Counted from the whole stretch's first letter, positions 11,759 to 23,200 are shown. The stretch: DNA of 63,229 nt, filler included, from Aduncisulcus paluster (GCA_024181965.1; 6 parts of 6 records of this genome joined end to end with filler, not necessarily neighbours in it), one strand, 5' to 3'. Numbers and translations are program-made. The notes: generated by a model not told the origin, from the sequence alone.

Positions 11759-14752
11759 ATGAATTACAATCAGGAGACGCCATTTCTTATTAGAAAACAT
11801 GTCCAGAATCACATGGATAGTCTTAAAGCAAAATATGCACCTGTTACTGCCGAAGTACTGGAAGGAAAGATCAAATCTTCAATGAAACCTAGTTTATTAG
11901 ATACGCCACACTCTATTTTTAAGAGGTTATCCACTGATACTGTTTCCCACACCACTATACCCAGAAAAACTACTCCCATCAAACGACCTATTACGGCCCA
12001 TCAATATTCAATATTTCCAGAATTCGAATCCATTCGTCAGAAGATATCTCGGATTAAATCTCGTCATATGTCTCCCAGCCCTCCAAAAGTTCCAAAGCGA
12101 AGTACGCCTGACGAATTTCAGTTTTCCTTGGAGATTCCGCCTGAAGATGCATCTCACTCAATTATTTCACAATCAAAATCAAAGATACCTGATATGAGTC
12201 AGTTATTTTTTAGCCATAATGAGGTTCTTGAAACGCCTCCAGCCACCCATCGAGAATCCTCATATTCTCCGAGCCCCCATGGAGATTTGTTCGAAGATAG
12301 GAACGAACATGAAATGTGGCAAAGAGAATTACGAAAAATGGAGGTCGAAAAGAAAAAAATTGCAAAAACTATCCAATCTGAAACGAAAATCCCTCCATCA
12401 CATAATCCTCGAATCAAACGAGCTAAAAAAGAATGCAATTCAGGTAAAAAAGGACTTTTTGGGGATAAAAAGGAGACAATTTTACATGAAGAAAAGAACA
12501 AGGCATTGATTACTACAAAAGTGAGACGGGATGCTAAGAAATGGGATAATGTACTTTTAAAAATGAGGGAACAAAAACTTAAGGATGATATAAAGCGAAA
12601 TCCAGCTTCAGTTTTTTCGCCCTCATCATCTGCTCATTTTCGGACGAAACCCTCGAAACCGCCTCATTCTTCTCTTCCTGCCAAATTTCAGGATTCATCC
12701 CACAACGATATTGGACTATTTGAACCTGAACGACGAACAAAACAAATCGATAAGGGTTCTGATAAGGGTTTTGAGAATGTTGTTCATGAATCAAATTCTA
12801 TTTTCCAATCTGGAGAAATCTCCATGACTCCAACATGGCTTCAAGGTTCAGGAATGGTTGAAGTCACATCAATTGCTCCATTCAGTGCCATAATTCAGCA
12901 CAAAGATGCTAAAAATAGATCAAAAGAGCAACATTATCCTCAGAAATCATATCATCACCAATCGTATGGTGCTAAAACTACCAAACATTCACGTTTTTCG
13001 ACTTCCTCCCCAAACAATCCACTTGGATATTATTCGACTGAATTTGATGCTCTCGAATCCATTCCCTCCGTTGTTGATAAGTATAAGACCTTAGCTTCTT
13101 CCAAGTTTCTCAAATATAAAAGTCAGGCCCACTCTCGGGAGCCCTCGTTTCATGCTGAACCATCAGGATTATGCGGAATTGTAGATGAGGTCGAATACTC
13201 TCCTTCTCCTTCATACACTCAGATTAATCCAGATGACCCAATGAGAGCCAAACCCCCACACCCGCACCATTCCACTAAACCCCCCCTTAAACTTTCAGGT
13301 GATTCTTCGATTATAATATCTGATTATCCGGACTCTACCATCATGAATCCCAGGTCTATTATTGGAATGAAAACCAAACGATTGGAGCAATCCAGCAGCA
13401 GTTCATCATCAACTCTGATATCTGGGGCCAAAAGTCGCTCAATCTCAGCTTCTTCTTTTATTTCGTTGCTCTCTTCTCCACACACGTCAGCTAAAACGGT
13501 TTTAAACGATGTAAATTCAATATTTAAACGACCCTCCTCGCTTCGAACTTCCATTTTCCCCCTCGTGTGCATGTGGAAAGGTGAAGTTGTTCACGAAGAG
13601 GAGAAAGAGAAGGAAGAGAGGGAAGAAATGGAAAGAAAACGGAGAGAAAGGGTGAGAAAAATACGATTAAAATATGATTCCGATGATATTAGTACTCTGA
13701 AAACCCTACCAAACCCAAATTCTACTATATTTTCAGAGAACAATGGGTTAAACTCCTTGAAAGGAACAGATTTCGATCATAAACATCATAAACAATTTTC
13801 ACATGCACAACCTCATTCAATTCAAATGTTTGGAGAATTTATTTCTCACTCAGAATCTATTTTTAGCCCCCCTTCAACACATCTTAGCAATTCCTTCCTT
13901 AAACATCAGCAAAAGGATCCAAAGAGGAGTTTCCGATTGTCATCATACATGAGTAATTCTTCTCTTGGAACTCCTACTCCCAAGCTTCTTCAGAGTGGAA
14001 CTCACCATATGTCCACACCAATTGACTCGTCCTCTGATGTCAAAGACAAAGGAAAGCAAGCACAGTTTATTTCACGTGGACAGAATAATATGGTTTTACG
14101 GAGTGGATTTGAGCCAGAATTAAGGCAATATCATGGAACCTCTGCCTTGTCGCATACTGTTGAAGATTTGTCCCATTTCGAAGCTTCTGGCACTCAGAGA
14201 AAACCATCTTCTTCAATCGTATTGTCTCAACTGAGATCCGGGATGAAATAAATCTAGTCTAGATTGATCTATCATTGATAGACTATCAAGAACTTTGAGA
14301 CAAGGGAAGAATTCAAAATGAGCATCCCGATTCACGAGAAACTGGAGGAAAAGCGATGGAAAGAAGGAGAAGGAGAAGAACAATATAAAGAAGGAATGAG
14401 CAAAGAAGGGGGCGATTCACAGGATACTCGGGTGAAAGGAAGAGACAATCGCTCACTTATTCGTGATCTTCAACTTCATCCTTCGGTTCTTACCGGCGCT
14501 ACCGGTGAAATGGACATGATCGTTGAAAAAACAATCAAAGTCGCCATTCATATTATTTCGAACATGTACATTGAGGGAACTCAACCGTCGTTATTGTCCA
14601 CTCTGCGATCATGTGTATCTGATCTCTGCAAGGAGATATGCTGGGTTGTTTCAAAGGATTTCGATCAGACAAAGTTGCTCAGATCTCTAAAATCTGCAAT
14701 ATCTGGAAGAAACATTAGGGACCAAATTAGGAAGCGAATTGAAAAGATCTAA
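11759..14752 (+). CDS. Hypothetical Ser/His-rich low-complexity protein; ORFs 11759-14251 and 14318-14752 are probably one gene interrupted at 14249-14281
   Basis: Both ORFs are in the same frame, and only a palindrome-rich 33-nt stretch with stops separates the open frames. A GT..AG intron at 14219-14281 (63 nt) is possible. Confidence 0.5.
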
Positions 14753-14762
14753 CGTCACAATA

Positions 14763-14862
14763 NNNNNNNNNNNNNNNNNNNNNNNNNNNNNNNNNNNNNN
14801 NNNNNNTTAATTAATTAANNNNNNNNNNNNNNNNNNNNNNNNNNNNNNNNNNNNNNNNNNNN
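14763..14862. other. Artificial scaffold junction (N-run, TTAATTAATTAA six-frame stop, N-run); the same spacer occurs at 23562-23661, 51684-51783, 54852-54951 and about 59932-60030
   Basis: An identical spacer recurs five times and genes are truncated at each. Confidence 0.97.
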
Positions 14863-15223
14863 GAAGGAAGACGAGGAAGAGAGAGAAGAGGAAGACGAGG
14901 AAAAGGAAGGAGAAGAAGAGAGAGAAGAGAAGGAAGAGGAAGAAGGGGAAGGTTGGGATGAATCGTTTGAAGATATAGATGCAACTAAGACTGGTTCTCT
15001 GAAGAAGGATGTTGAGGAAGTCGATAAACAACAGATAGAAGCGGATGAATATTGGGATGAAGATGAACTGATGGATGAAGAAGATCGAATGTTGGAGAAG
15101 AGGAGAAGAGATGCAGAGAAGCAGGTCCAACTTCGAATTGAGGAAGAGAAGAAGAAGGAAGCAGCAAGCAAGAAAAAGGGGTTGTTTAGAGGGTGGTTGA
15201 ACAAAACATTTGGAAATGAATGA
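14863..15223 (+). CDS. 3' fragment of an acidic Glu/Asp-rich protein (truncated by scaffold junction)
   Basis: Open GAA/GAG-rich frame ending ..LFRGWLNKTFGNE-stop. Confidence 0.5.
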
Positions 15224-15492
15224 TCATTTATATGACTTAATGACTTTGGAGATTTATTAATAACTTTAATAAAATCGATTAGATTCAATTGTAATACAAT
15301 TTATGATCAAAATTGTTCACTTTCTTGCTCAGTGGATTGTTAATAGCATTTGTGTGAGGTTGAATCTTTATGGTTTCAGAATAAGGGAAAATGTTGAAAA
15401 TCAGAAAATGGATTTAAATTTTACTTTTGGATACGAATCTCAGCTTTTTGGAGGCCATAGTACACCATAAAACAGTGGGGTTTGAAAGAAAA

Positions 15493-17367
15493 TTATTTGA
15501 ATAAACCATACTTTTCAACGACTGAGTCAAAGGTGATTTCTCCGATAGATAAATCACTAACAACACCTACAATATCAGCAATAGGCAATCTAACCTGATT
15601 CATTGAATCTCTCTCTCTGATAGTGACTGTATTGTCCTTCAAAGTGTCGAAATCAACAGTGATGATGAAAGGAACTCCAATCTCATCAAGACGGGAGTAT
15701 CTCTTACCTATGGTGCTTCCACTCCTGTCGAGCTTGTTAGAAATACGAGCACGACTAAGGGTACGGACAAGATCATCAAGAATGGGATTGAATTCAGCAC
15801 TGGCGTAGATGGGTAAGATAGCACATTTGACACTGGCGATCTCAGGTTTGAACTTGAATACGGCACGTTGTTCATCGTCTCCCTCTCTAACGTAGAAGGA
15901 CTGCTCGAGGAGACAGTAAAGAATACGACCAATACCAAATGATGGTTCACAAACACGGGGGGTGAAAGTGTGTCCGCTTGTCTTGATGGTCTTCTTGCTA
16001 ATAGTCACCATTGCAGGGGTGACTTCGAATGTCTTTCCATCTGCATCAGTAACCTCAGAGTTCTCCTTCTCAGCATGTTTAGCCATCATAGCCTTCAATC
16101 CATCCTGATCAAGACCTTCAATGGCTTGACAGACATTGCCAGCCTCACGACGGAAGGTACGACCAATCACACCCTTGACAAGCTTGGGAACTAACTTCTC
16201 TTCAATGATAGGCTTGTCATAGACAACCCTAGCCTTGAGATTCTCTCCACTTCCACGAGTGTGGCATTCAAGATCGAAGGCACTACGATCAGCAATACCA
16301 ACACACTCGGTCCAACCATATGAACAGTAAATCATGGCATCCCAACAGTCAGCAGCGTAGTGAGCGAGCTGAGTAGGGAGATGTTGCTCAAATCTGATCA
16401 TGTGACGCTCGAAACCGATACGTTCGAGGAACATCTGTGTTCTGGCAACGAAATAAGCATGGGTCTCATGTCCAAGATAACCACGCTCAACAGCTTCACC
16501 GACAGTGCATTCTTGGGTCTTCTTATCACCAAGCTTATTCACGGCAGGATAAAAGACACACTTGACATCCTTGATGGCATCAAATCCAGGGTGTTTACCT
16601 TCGCCATGGTCCATAAAATGCTCGATCTCAGCAAGGGTGAACTCACGGACACGGAGAAGACCGGAACGGGGAGAAATCTCGTTCCTGAAAGCTTGTCCAA
16701 CCTGAGCAACACCGAAAGGGAGCTGACCACCATTGAAAGCAAGACAACGTTTGAAGTTCACAAAGATGCCCTGTGCAGTTTCAGGCCTCAAGTAACCCTG
16801 TGAATCTCCAGAGGGACCAATTTGGGTTCCGAACATGAGATTGTAAGGGTATGGTTCACTCAATTCATTTCCATACTCTGACTTAATGCCAAGGGTTTGG
16901 ATTTGCTCATGTAATTCTTTTGGAGTGAAATCTTCAGCACGAGCACGAATATGAGTGAGTTCTTTTTTACGCTCCTCTGCCATCTCAGGATCTTGAAGCA
17001 TTTTATCAATGGAATCCTCCAAGAGTTGATCAGCACGATATCCGAGCTTGGTTTTAACATCTCTAACCATCAAATCAGTGAATTTATCAACATGACCAGA
17101 AGCTTTCAATACGACTTTAGGAGTCAAACATGATGCATCAATCTCCTGCATACTATCATGAATGACGAAATGTTGATGCCAAACATCAAGAATATTTCTT
17201 TTCAAAGCACATCCTGGAGGACCTAAATCGAACAATCCGGCCATACCTCCATAGATCTCAAAAGAGGGGATCACAAAGAAACGACGTTTCAAACAATCGG
17301 CAACAAGAGCTCTATCAATCTTTTTTTCCATACCTTCTCTCAAGAATAGATTTTGGCAATCAACCAT
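15493..17367 (-). CDS. GARS: Glycyl-tRNA synthetase (eukaryotic/class II homodimeric type)
   Basis: YLRPETAQGIFVNF, GQAFRNEISPRSGLLRVREF..AEIEHF and EPSFGIGRI motifs, plus an anticodon-binding domain. Confidence 0.97.
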   Translation of the reverse strand: MVDCQNLFLREGMEKKIDRALVADCLKRRFFVIPSFEIYGGMAGLFDLGPPGCALKRNILDVWHQHFVIHDSMQEIDASCLTPKVVLKASGHVDKFTDLMVRDVKTKLGYRADQLLEDSIDKMLQDPEMAEERKKELTHIRARAEDFTPKELHEQIQTLGIKSEYGNELSEPYPYNLMFGTQIGPSGDSQGYLRPETAQGIFVNFKRCLAFNGGQLPFGVAQVGQAFRNEISPRSGLLRVREFTLAEIEHFMDHGEGKHPGFDAIKDVKCVFYPAVNKLGDKKTQECTVGEAVERGYLGHETHAYFVARTQMFLERIGFERHMIRFEQHLPTQLAHYAADCWDAMIYCSYGWTECVGIADRSAFDLECHTRGSGENLKARVVYDKPIIEEKLVPKLVKGVIGRTFRREAGNVCQAIEGLDQDGLKAMMAKHAEKENSEVTDADGKTFEVTPAMVTISKKTIKTSGHTFTPRVCEPSFGIGRILYCLLEQSFYVREGDDEQRAVFKFKPEIASVKCAILPIYASAEFNPILDDLVRTLSRARISNKLDRSGSTIGKRYSRLDEIGVPFIITVDFDTLKDNTVTIRERDSMNQVRLPIADIVGVVSDLSIGEITFDSVVEKYGLFK

Positions 17368-18042
17368 GAATAGGTGGAATAATGTTCGAGTTATGAGTGC
17401 TATTAATTGCNNNNNNNNNNNNNNNNNNNNAATGTTGATGCCAAACATCAAGAATATTTCTTTTCAAAGCACATCCTGGAGGACCTAAATCGAACAATCC
17501 GGCCATACCTCCATAGATCTCAAAAGAGGGGATCACAAAGAAACGACGTTTCAAACAATCGGCAACAAGAGCTCTATCAATCTTTTTTTCCATACCTTCT
17601 CTCAAGAATAGATTTTGGCAATCAACCATGAATAGGTGGAATAATGTTCGAGTTATGAGTGCTATTAATTGCTTAAATTTATGTTATTTTTCAGAACTTA
17701 AATTATTTTCAACATTAAACTTCTCCAATTAGATGTTAGCGAGTTGATTGGTTCGATTCACCAAAATTGTAGGCTATTTTATCTCCTAGTACAATAATAT
17801 TAATTAAAATTTCATATATAATAAGATTCAGATTGCTATTTGTTCACTATTTATTAAATTAAACAGTGAGAGAAATTTTCGAATTAAAGCGGGAATTGAA
17901 AGACTACAGAAACAAATATTTCAATTTATGTTATTATTAATAAGTCAAGAACAAGATATTTTTTCTATTTTGTTTGTTAAAGCCTTTTTTATCATGCAAA
18001 AAATGTTCACCAGTTTTCCTTTGACATACAAATTCAAATTGT

Positions 18043-19485
18043 ATGAAAAATGGTAAAAAAACCGTTAAATTATCAGTGGATGATAAAAAGAAAATAGTTA
18101 AACATTTTCAAGAAGGATTACTCTCCCCAAAACAAATATCTGAAATATTCCATGTAAGTCTTTCAGCCACATATAGAATCAAGCAATTACATTCGCTTCA
18201 TGGCGATGCGTATTTTCAAAAGCTTGAGACTTCTAAAAGTATTCCTCCCAATCGCTCTAAGATCAATTATGTTCATTCGCAGTGTATTTCAGATCTTATC
18301 CAAAAAGACCCGATGATCTCTTTGATAAATATATGCAGACAACTTAAAATGCAATATGATTTAGATATTACGACTCAAACTGTCCGAAAACATTTCGTGG
18401 AAGGTGGTCTTCGCAAAAATGGTTTTCCTCACATATATTTTCAGCGCCATGAACCTCATCACATCCAAATTGATCAATATGATAAGCTTAAACATCTCGC
18501 ACCACAATGTCACTTTACTACTACATTCTATTCCTCTTTTCCTGCATATTTGTCATCTCACCCGTCAAAATCAATGCTATCCCTTGATTCTAAGACCCTT
18601 CCTGATGATCTATGTAAGGTTGATGAATCCATTCACCAAAAACGTTCAGATTATATTACTGAATATATGTCCTTGCAACAAGAGGAAGTTTTGTTCGTTT
18701 TTTGCTCTGTGGCTGGCTGGTTTTGTTCATGTATAAATGAAAAAGATATCTCTACTCTCATATCTCATGAAAAACAACCTGAAGCTGAGAGAGTTCCTTC
18801 CACCTCTTCAGATCTTATAATCCCAATAGGAAAACGAAGATCATGTGAAGAGACATCAAAATCTACAATACCAAAAAAAAAGTCAATAGCCCCTCTTTCC
18901 ATCCCCTTTATGACTCATATGAATGTCACGGTTGCTCTGAGTGTTGATGGAGATGGTTCGATGCGTAGGAGTTTGGTGGAAGATATTTCATTCAACATCA
19001 CCTCGTTTTTCCTCTCCGTCATTCAATCCTATCCACCTTTTGGAGCCACTGGTGTGTTATCTGAAGGCTGTCATACTTCGTCGATGAGTCAAGATATTTC
19101 AAGCACTTCGTTTATTCCTCAAGCTTCTCCAAGAAGAAGTCAAAAAGTATGCTTTGTGTTTCCATCGTGTATGTCTAGGTTTGTGCCAAGATGTGAAGTC
19201 GAGATTCGGAGACGGGGCCATTGTTTACTGTTTATCCCACCACTATCTCAATCGATATCTCCCTGTGAATGTCTGTTTGCAAGCTGGTTGCGAACATGTG
19301 TAACGTTTTTCCCCAAGCTTAAGAAGACATATATTGGGGTTGATCCTGTTAAATTATGGATTTCGCACATGAAAAGGATTTGGGATGAGTGCTCAAAGGA
19401 TACAATAAGGGGAATAATAAGCCTTATGGAAAGAAATCAATTCCTTAAAGTTCTTAAAGATGCTGCAAGATATCCTCCAAAGTAA
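18043..19485 (+). CDS. IS630/Tc1-mariner transposase-derived protein with paired HTH and a degenerate DDE domain
   Basis: N-terminal HTH pair. LLFIPPLSQSISPCECLF matches the L.FLPPYSP.LNPIE motif. The first two catalytic Asp positions read FVFCSVAGW and FVFPSC. Confidence 0.7.
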   Translation: MKNGKKTVKLSVDDKKKIVKHFQEGLLSPKQISEIFHVSLSATYRIKQLHSLHGDAYFQKLETSKSIPPNRSKINYVHSQCISDLIQKDPMISLINICRQLKMQYDLDITTQTVRKHFVEGGLRKNGFPHIYFQRHEPHHIQIDQYDKLKHLAPQCHFTTTFYSSFPAYLSSHPSKSMLSLDSKTLPDDLCKVDESIHQKRSDYITEYMSLQQEEVLFVFCSVAGWFCSCINEKDISTLISHEKQPEAERVPSTSSDLIIPIGKRRSCEETSKSTIPKKKSIAPLSIPFMTHMNVTVALSVDGDGSMRRSLVEDISFNITSFFLSVIQSYPPFGATGVLSEGCHTSSMSQDISSTSFIPQASPRRSQKVCFVFPSCMSRFVPRCEVEIRRRGHCLLFIPPLSQSISPCECLFASWLRTCVTFFPKLKKTYIGVDPVKLWISHMKRIWDECSKDTIRGIISLMERNQFLKVLKDAARYPPK

Positions 19486-19703
19486 ATTTATCATGACTAA
19501 TGATGATCGCAAAATTTAAACTTTAAAGTGACAACTTGCACTTCCATGATGGAAGATAAAAAAGAAATAATTTTACTATTTTATTAGTCTACCCTAAAAG
19601 TATTTTTTTCTATTTTTATAGTACAGTATAGTCGGTCTTGGAATCACAGGTGATTTCCTTTCGAAATTCGATTGTTGAAGGGGGGTTTGGACAACATTTT
19701 TTG

Positions 19704-22307
19704 ATGCAAAAGCTATTACGCATCTTTGACCTCCCCATAGATGTCTCTATGTGTGGAATATTATCAGAAAAAGGTCTCAATCAATGTCCAATTTGCTTTT
19801 CTCCTTTGTCTGATCAACCTTGCTTTCAGTCTGGGTGCTCTCATGTATTTCACCTTAAATGTATTCAAGAATGGAAAAAAACAAGCCCCAAATGTCCTGT
19901 TTGTAGAAGTAATATTTTGGATTCGTTGGTTGGAACTGGAAAATTGTTAGATCGTGAAATTTATATATTGCAGGTTTCTTCAATTGTCAAATGTTTCCTT
20001 GAAGCTGGAGCTCTTAATACGTCCATGACTAAAGTATCTTCTGCCAAATGCATGGTTTATCCTCCTCATAATGTGACTATCGCGACCTTTCCTCATGAAG
20101 TTCTTGTGTTTGATCATTCTCTCAAACTTCTCAAACTCGAAGGGATTATTCCAACGCCTATTTCTCGCTTAAGAGAACCACCATTCATTCCTCAATTAGG
20201 CTCCTCCGCTCTGAAATATCCTGGAGCAAGGTTGTCTGATGTAATCAAAGCTCTGAATGAGGCGGGTGAATTCAAAGAACTTACAAAGGCCTCAATTGCA
20301 TACATTGGTTTAGTTCTTCTAAAAGCTTCACAGATTATGTTTGAATGTGAGATTGAGTCCCCACTTTTCACGATAGATGATGTATTTTTGTCATATAGTG
20401 CCGTTTGTTGGATATTGGGCTTCAAAATATTCCCTCTGATCTTGCTTAAAGGGCTATATCTCTCAAAAGATGGTATGATAACCATGCCAAAGGATTCCAA
20501 TGGCACAATACCTGTGTCTGTTCTTCCTAGACCCATACCGATTGGTGATGGTGATGTTTTCAGATCAATGGCTTCATCAGGTGGACCAATATGCCAGTAT
20601 AACCCTGGAATCGTCTCTATCCTTGCTCAACTGGGATTATCCCTTCCAAGTGCTGATCCAACATATTCAGGATTCGAAAAAGCTCTAAAATCAATCATTT
20701 CTGACGAGAAGAGCTCTGAGATTCTTGCTGCACGTGTTGCTGATTTGCCAATACTTCCAGATGCCGCCTCTGTAAATCCTCAGCCACCTGTCCCCCCCCC
20801 AACTGTCATGCAGGCAGCAACGATAACCACGCCAATAACAACGGGAGAAATGACGACAACCACAAGGCTATATCTCTCAAAAGATGGTATGATAACCATG
20901 CCAAAGGATTCCAATGGCACAATACCTGTGTCTGTTCTTCCTAGACCCATACCGATTGGTGATGGTGATGTTTTCAGATCAATGGCTTCATCAGGTGGAC
21001 CAATATGCCAGTATAACCCTGGAATCGTCTCTATCCTTGCTCAACTGGGATTATCCCTTCCAAGTGCTGATCCAACATATTCAGGATTCGAAAAAGCTCT
21101 AAAATCAATCATTTCTGACGAGAAGAGCTCTGAGATTCTTGCTGCACGTGTTGCTGATTTGCCAATACTTCCAGATGCCGCCTCTGTAAATCCTCAGCCA
21201 CCTGTCCCCCCCCCAACTGTCATGCAGGCAGCAACGATAACCACGCCAATAACAACGGGAGAAATGACGACAACCACAACGACTGCTCAAACTGAAGCAT
21301 CTCCACATGAACCAAATCAGACTTCTGCTGGAATTCTTGTTGGAGAACCTAGTAATGATCAAGTGTATGGTTCAGGTTTCAGAAGTGAAATTACATATCC
21401 ACTCTCTTATACATATTTTCAGAAACGGAAAGATTTCTTCAAGCGTGGGTTCTATGAAGGTTATGCCAAACGGACAGTTGAAGAGGCAATATTTGAGTAT
21501 AAGATTGTATGTGCTATAATGATTCCTCTTGGGCTTCTTTGGAGCTTTTTCTATATCTTATGTGTGAATAGACAGAAAGATGCTGGTGAATATGACCCTG
21601 ATCTTGTGTATGGAATCTCTTTTGTAGACAATCTCATGCCGAGTCGATGGATCTTTTTCATTATATATTGTTGTGTCACAACTGTCAATCTCATTTTGAC
21701 GTATTTGAAGGTAGACGACAAAATTCAAGCCTATAATTTCTCCACCTTTGGTCAGGTGGGCTTATGGGTAGTCGAACTTATCTTATATCTTTGCGGCATT
21801 GTCTTTGGTTGGATTGGATTCCTTCTCTTGTCCCTTCGAAGCAATGACAAGAGCAATTCGTACGTGCATAATTATATGGGTCCAATGAGATTCACTATTC
21901 AACTTCTACTCAATGGAATTGAGATCATAATGGCCAAATACGTACATTCTCGAAATCCAAGAACGTCCATGTCATCCGTTGGGGTCAGTTGTTTCATCTT
22001 TCATCTTATCCTGTCGTATTCATTTTACATTGTAAATAATCTTTTCTTTGTCAAACATCTCTATATTGAAGAAAATATGAGTGGTGTAAATGAATATAAT
22101 TCATTTATGTTCCTGTGGGTATCCCCTGCGCTTGAATCTGCTGGAATGATGGTTCATAGGATTGAGTCTGATGATGGTGATAGTGAATTTGGTTCTTTCT
22201 TGAGCCATGCGTCTATTCTCAGAAGAAACATGCCCTATTATTTCTTCCATTACTATATAATTGACTATGCTACATGGATAGTTCCATTAGTTGCATTTGC
22301 TGGTTAA
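19704..22307 (+). CDS. RING-H2 zinc finger protein with a C-terminal multi-pass membrane domain (putative E3 ligase)
   Basis: CPIC..CSHVFHLKC..W...CPVC RING pattern, about 6-7 hydrophobic helices at the C-terminus and an in-frame 138-aa internal duplication. Confidence 0.75.
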   Translation: MQKLLRIFDLPIDVSMCGILSEKGLNQCPICFSPLSDQPCFQSGCSHVFHLKCIQEWKKTSPKCPVCRSNILDSLVGTGKLLDREIYILQVSSIVKCFLEAGALNTSMTKVSSAKCMVYPPHNVTIATFPHEVLVFDHSLKLLKLEGIIPTPISRLREPPFIPQLGSSALKYPGARLSDVIKALNEAGEFKELTKASIAYIGLVLLKASQIMFECEIESPLFTIDDVFLSYSAVCWILGFKIFPLILLKGLYLSKDGMITMPKDSNGTIPVSVLPRPIPIGDGDVFRSMASSGGPICQYNPGIVSILAQLGLSLPSADPTYSGFEKALKSIISDEKSSEILAARVADLPILPDAASVNPQPPVPPPTVMQAATITTPITTGEMTTTTRLYLSKDGMITMPKDSNGTIPVSVLPRPIPIGDGDVFRSMASSGGPICQYNPGIVSILAQLGLSLPSADPTYSGFEKALKSIISDEKSSEILAARVADLPILPDAASVNPQPPVPPPTVMQAATITTPITTGEMTTTTTTAQTEASPHEPNQTSAGILVGEPSNDQVYGSGFRSEITYPLSYTYFQKRKDFFKRGFYEGYAKRTVEEAIFEYKIVCAIMIPLGLLWSFFYILCVNRQKDAGEYDPDLVYGISFVDNLMPSRWIFFIIYCCVTTVNLILTYLKVDDKIQAYNFSTFGQVGLWVVELILYLCGIVFGWIGFLLLSLRSNDKSNSYVHNYMGPMRFTIQLLLNGIEIIMAKYVHSRNPRTSMSSVGVSCFIFHLILSYSFYIVNNLFFVKHLYIEENMSGVNEYNSFMFLWVSPALESAGMMVHRIESDDGDSEFGSFLSHASILRRNMPYYFFHYYIIDYATWIVPLVAFAG
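20452..21279 (+). repeat. Tandem duplication, 2 x 414 bp, apparently identical and in frame
   Basis: GGCTATATCTCTCAAAAG... recurs at 20452 and 20866. Confidence 0.9.
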
Positions 22308-22677
22308 TGAATCCAAAAGCTTGTTCTTCGTCGTTGAAGTCACTCCAGAAGTGAGTGGATAATTTTATTTTGTCCGTTAGTTTGTTTTCAAATGTAGACC
22401 AAGTGTCCGGGGATACATTTTACTAAAATCACTGCGAGTAAATGAAGCTTTACTCCGGTGAAAACTTGATTGTCTTAAATCAGGAACTTGGATTATTACG
22501 TCACCGATTCATCTAAAAATGGGGAAAATATCACTTTTAGAATTACTTAAGACCGAATTAGTTCGGTTCAACCTATATATTAGTGATCATCACAGAAGGA
22601 CATCAGGTCCCTTCTGATGGCTGGTGGCGTCAATTGAAATAAATGGTACTCTTAGGGTTGCTCTGAACATATGTTGA

Positions 22678-22902
22678 TTGGGAAAGTTGAGCTTTCTCAA
22701 CTTCATTATCACAGACAGCCTCCTCAAAAGAGGAAATCCTCTGGACATAAAAACTCGTCAGAGAAAAACAAAAACGGTTCCAGGATTTTGCAATTGTAAA
22801 GGTTTATGCAATTCTAAAAGATGGTTCTGCCGAAAAGCAGGTAGATGTTCCAAGAAGTATCATCATGGGTCACACTTAATATGCCCTAATATGGGAAAAT
22901 GA
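22678..22902 (+). mobile_element. Decayed remnant of the Cys-rich C-terminal domain of a KRBA2/Ginger-type integrase transposon
   Basis: GFCNCKGLCNSKRWFCRKAGRCSKKYHHGSHLICPN resembles the CxC..C...RCxC.K....C...CH....C.N tail of that family. Upstream frames are broken. Confidence 0.45.
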
Positions 22903-23111
22903 TATCACGGAATAGTAAATATTATCATTAAAATTAATTAATTTTACAAGAAAATAAAACCAACCAAGGGATTCGAAACAAAATTGGTGTTATTCTGTTA
23001 TTCTGTTCATGTAATCATGAAAAAGCATGCACAATCAATTTAATTGTTCATGTTAAATACTTTCTACAACTAAAACATGTTTATTTTGGATTGAATCATG
23101 AAGAAATATAC

Positions 23112-23200
23112 CAGGGGTGTACATCTGGCGGTCACTTGAAATTGTAAAATGCAGCCACTTGGCAGCCGAAAAATTGAAAAATGCAGCCAATTAGGCAGCC
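23112..23200 (+). mobile_element. Possible hAT-type transposon terminus with subterminal repeats
   Basis: Starts with CAGGGGTGT (hAT-like TIR start), followed by four GCAGCC motifs in two AAAATGCAGCCA.TT..GGCAGCC units. No partner end is visible. Confidence 0.4.

Noticed and set aside
14807-14818. Recurring TTAATTAATTAA motif
   Set aside because: Artificial six-frame stop linker embedded in N-runs. Gene neighbourhoods across these joins are meaningless.
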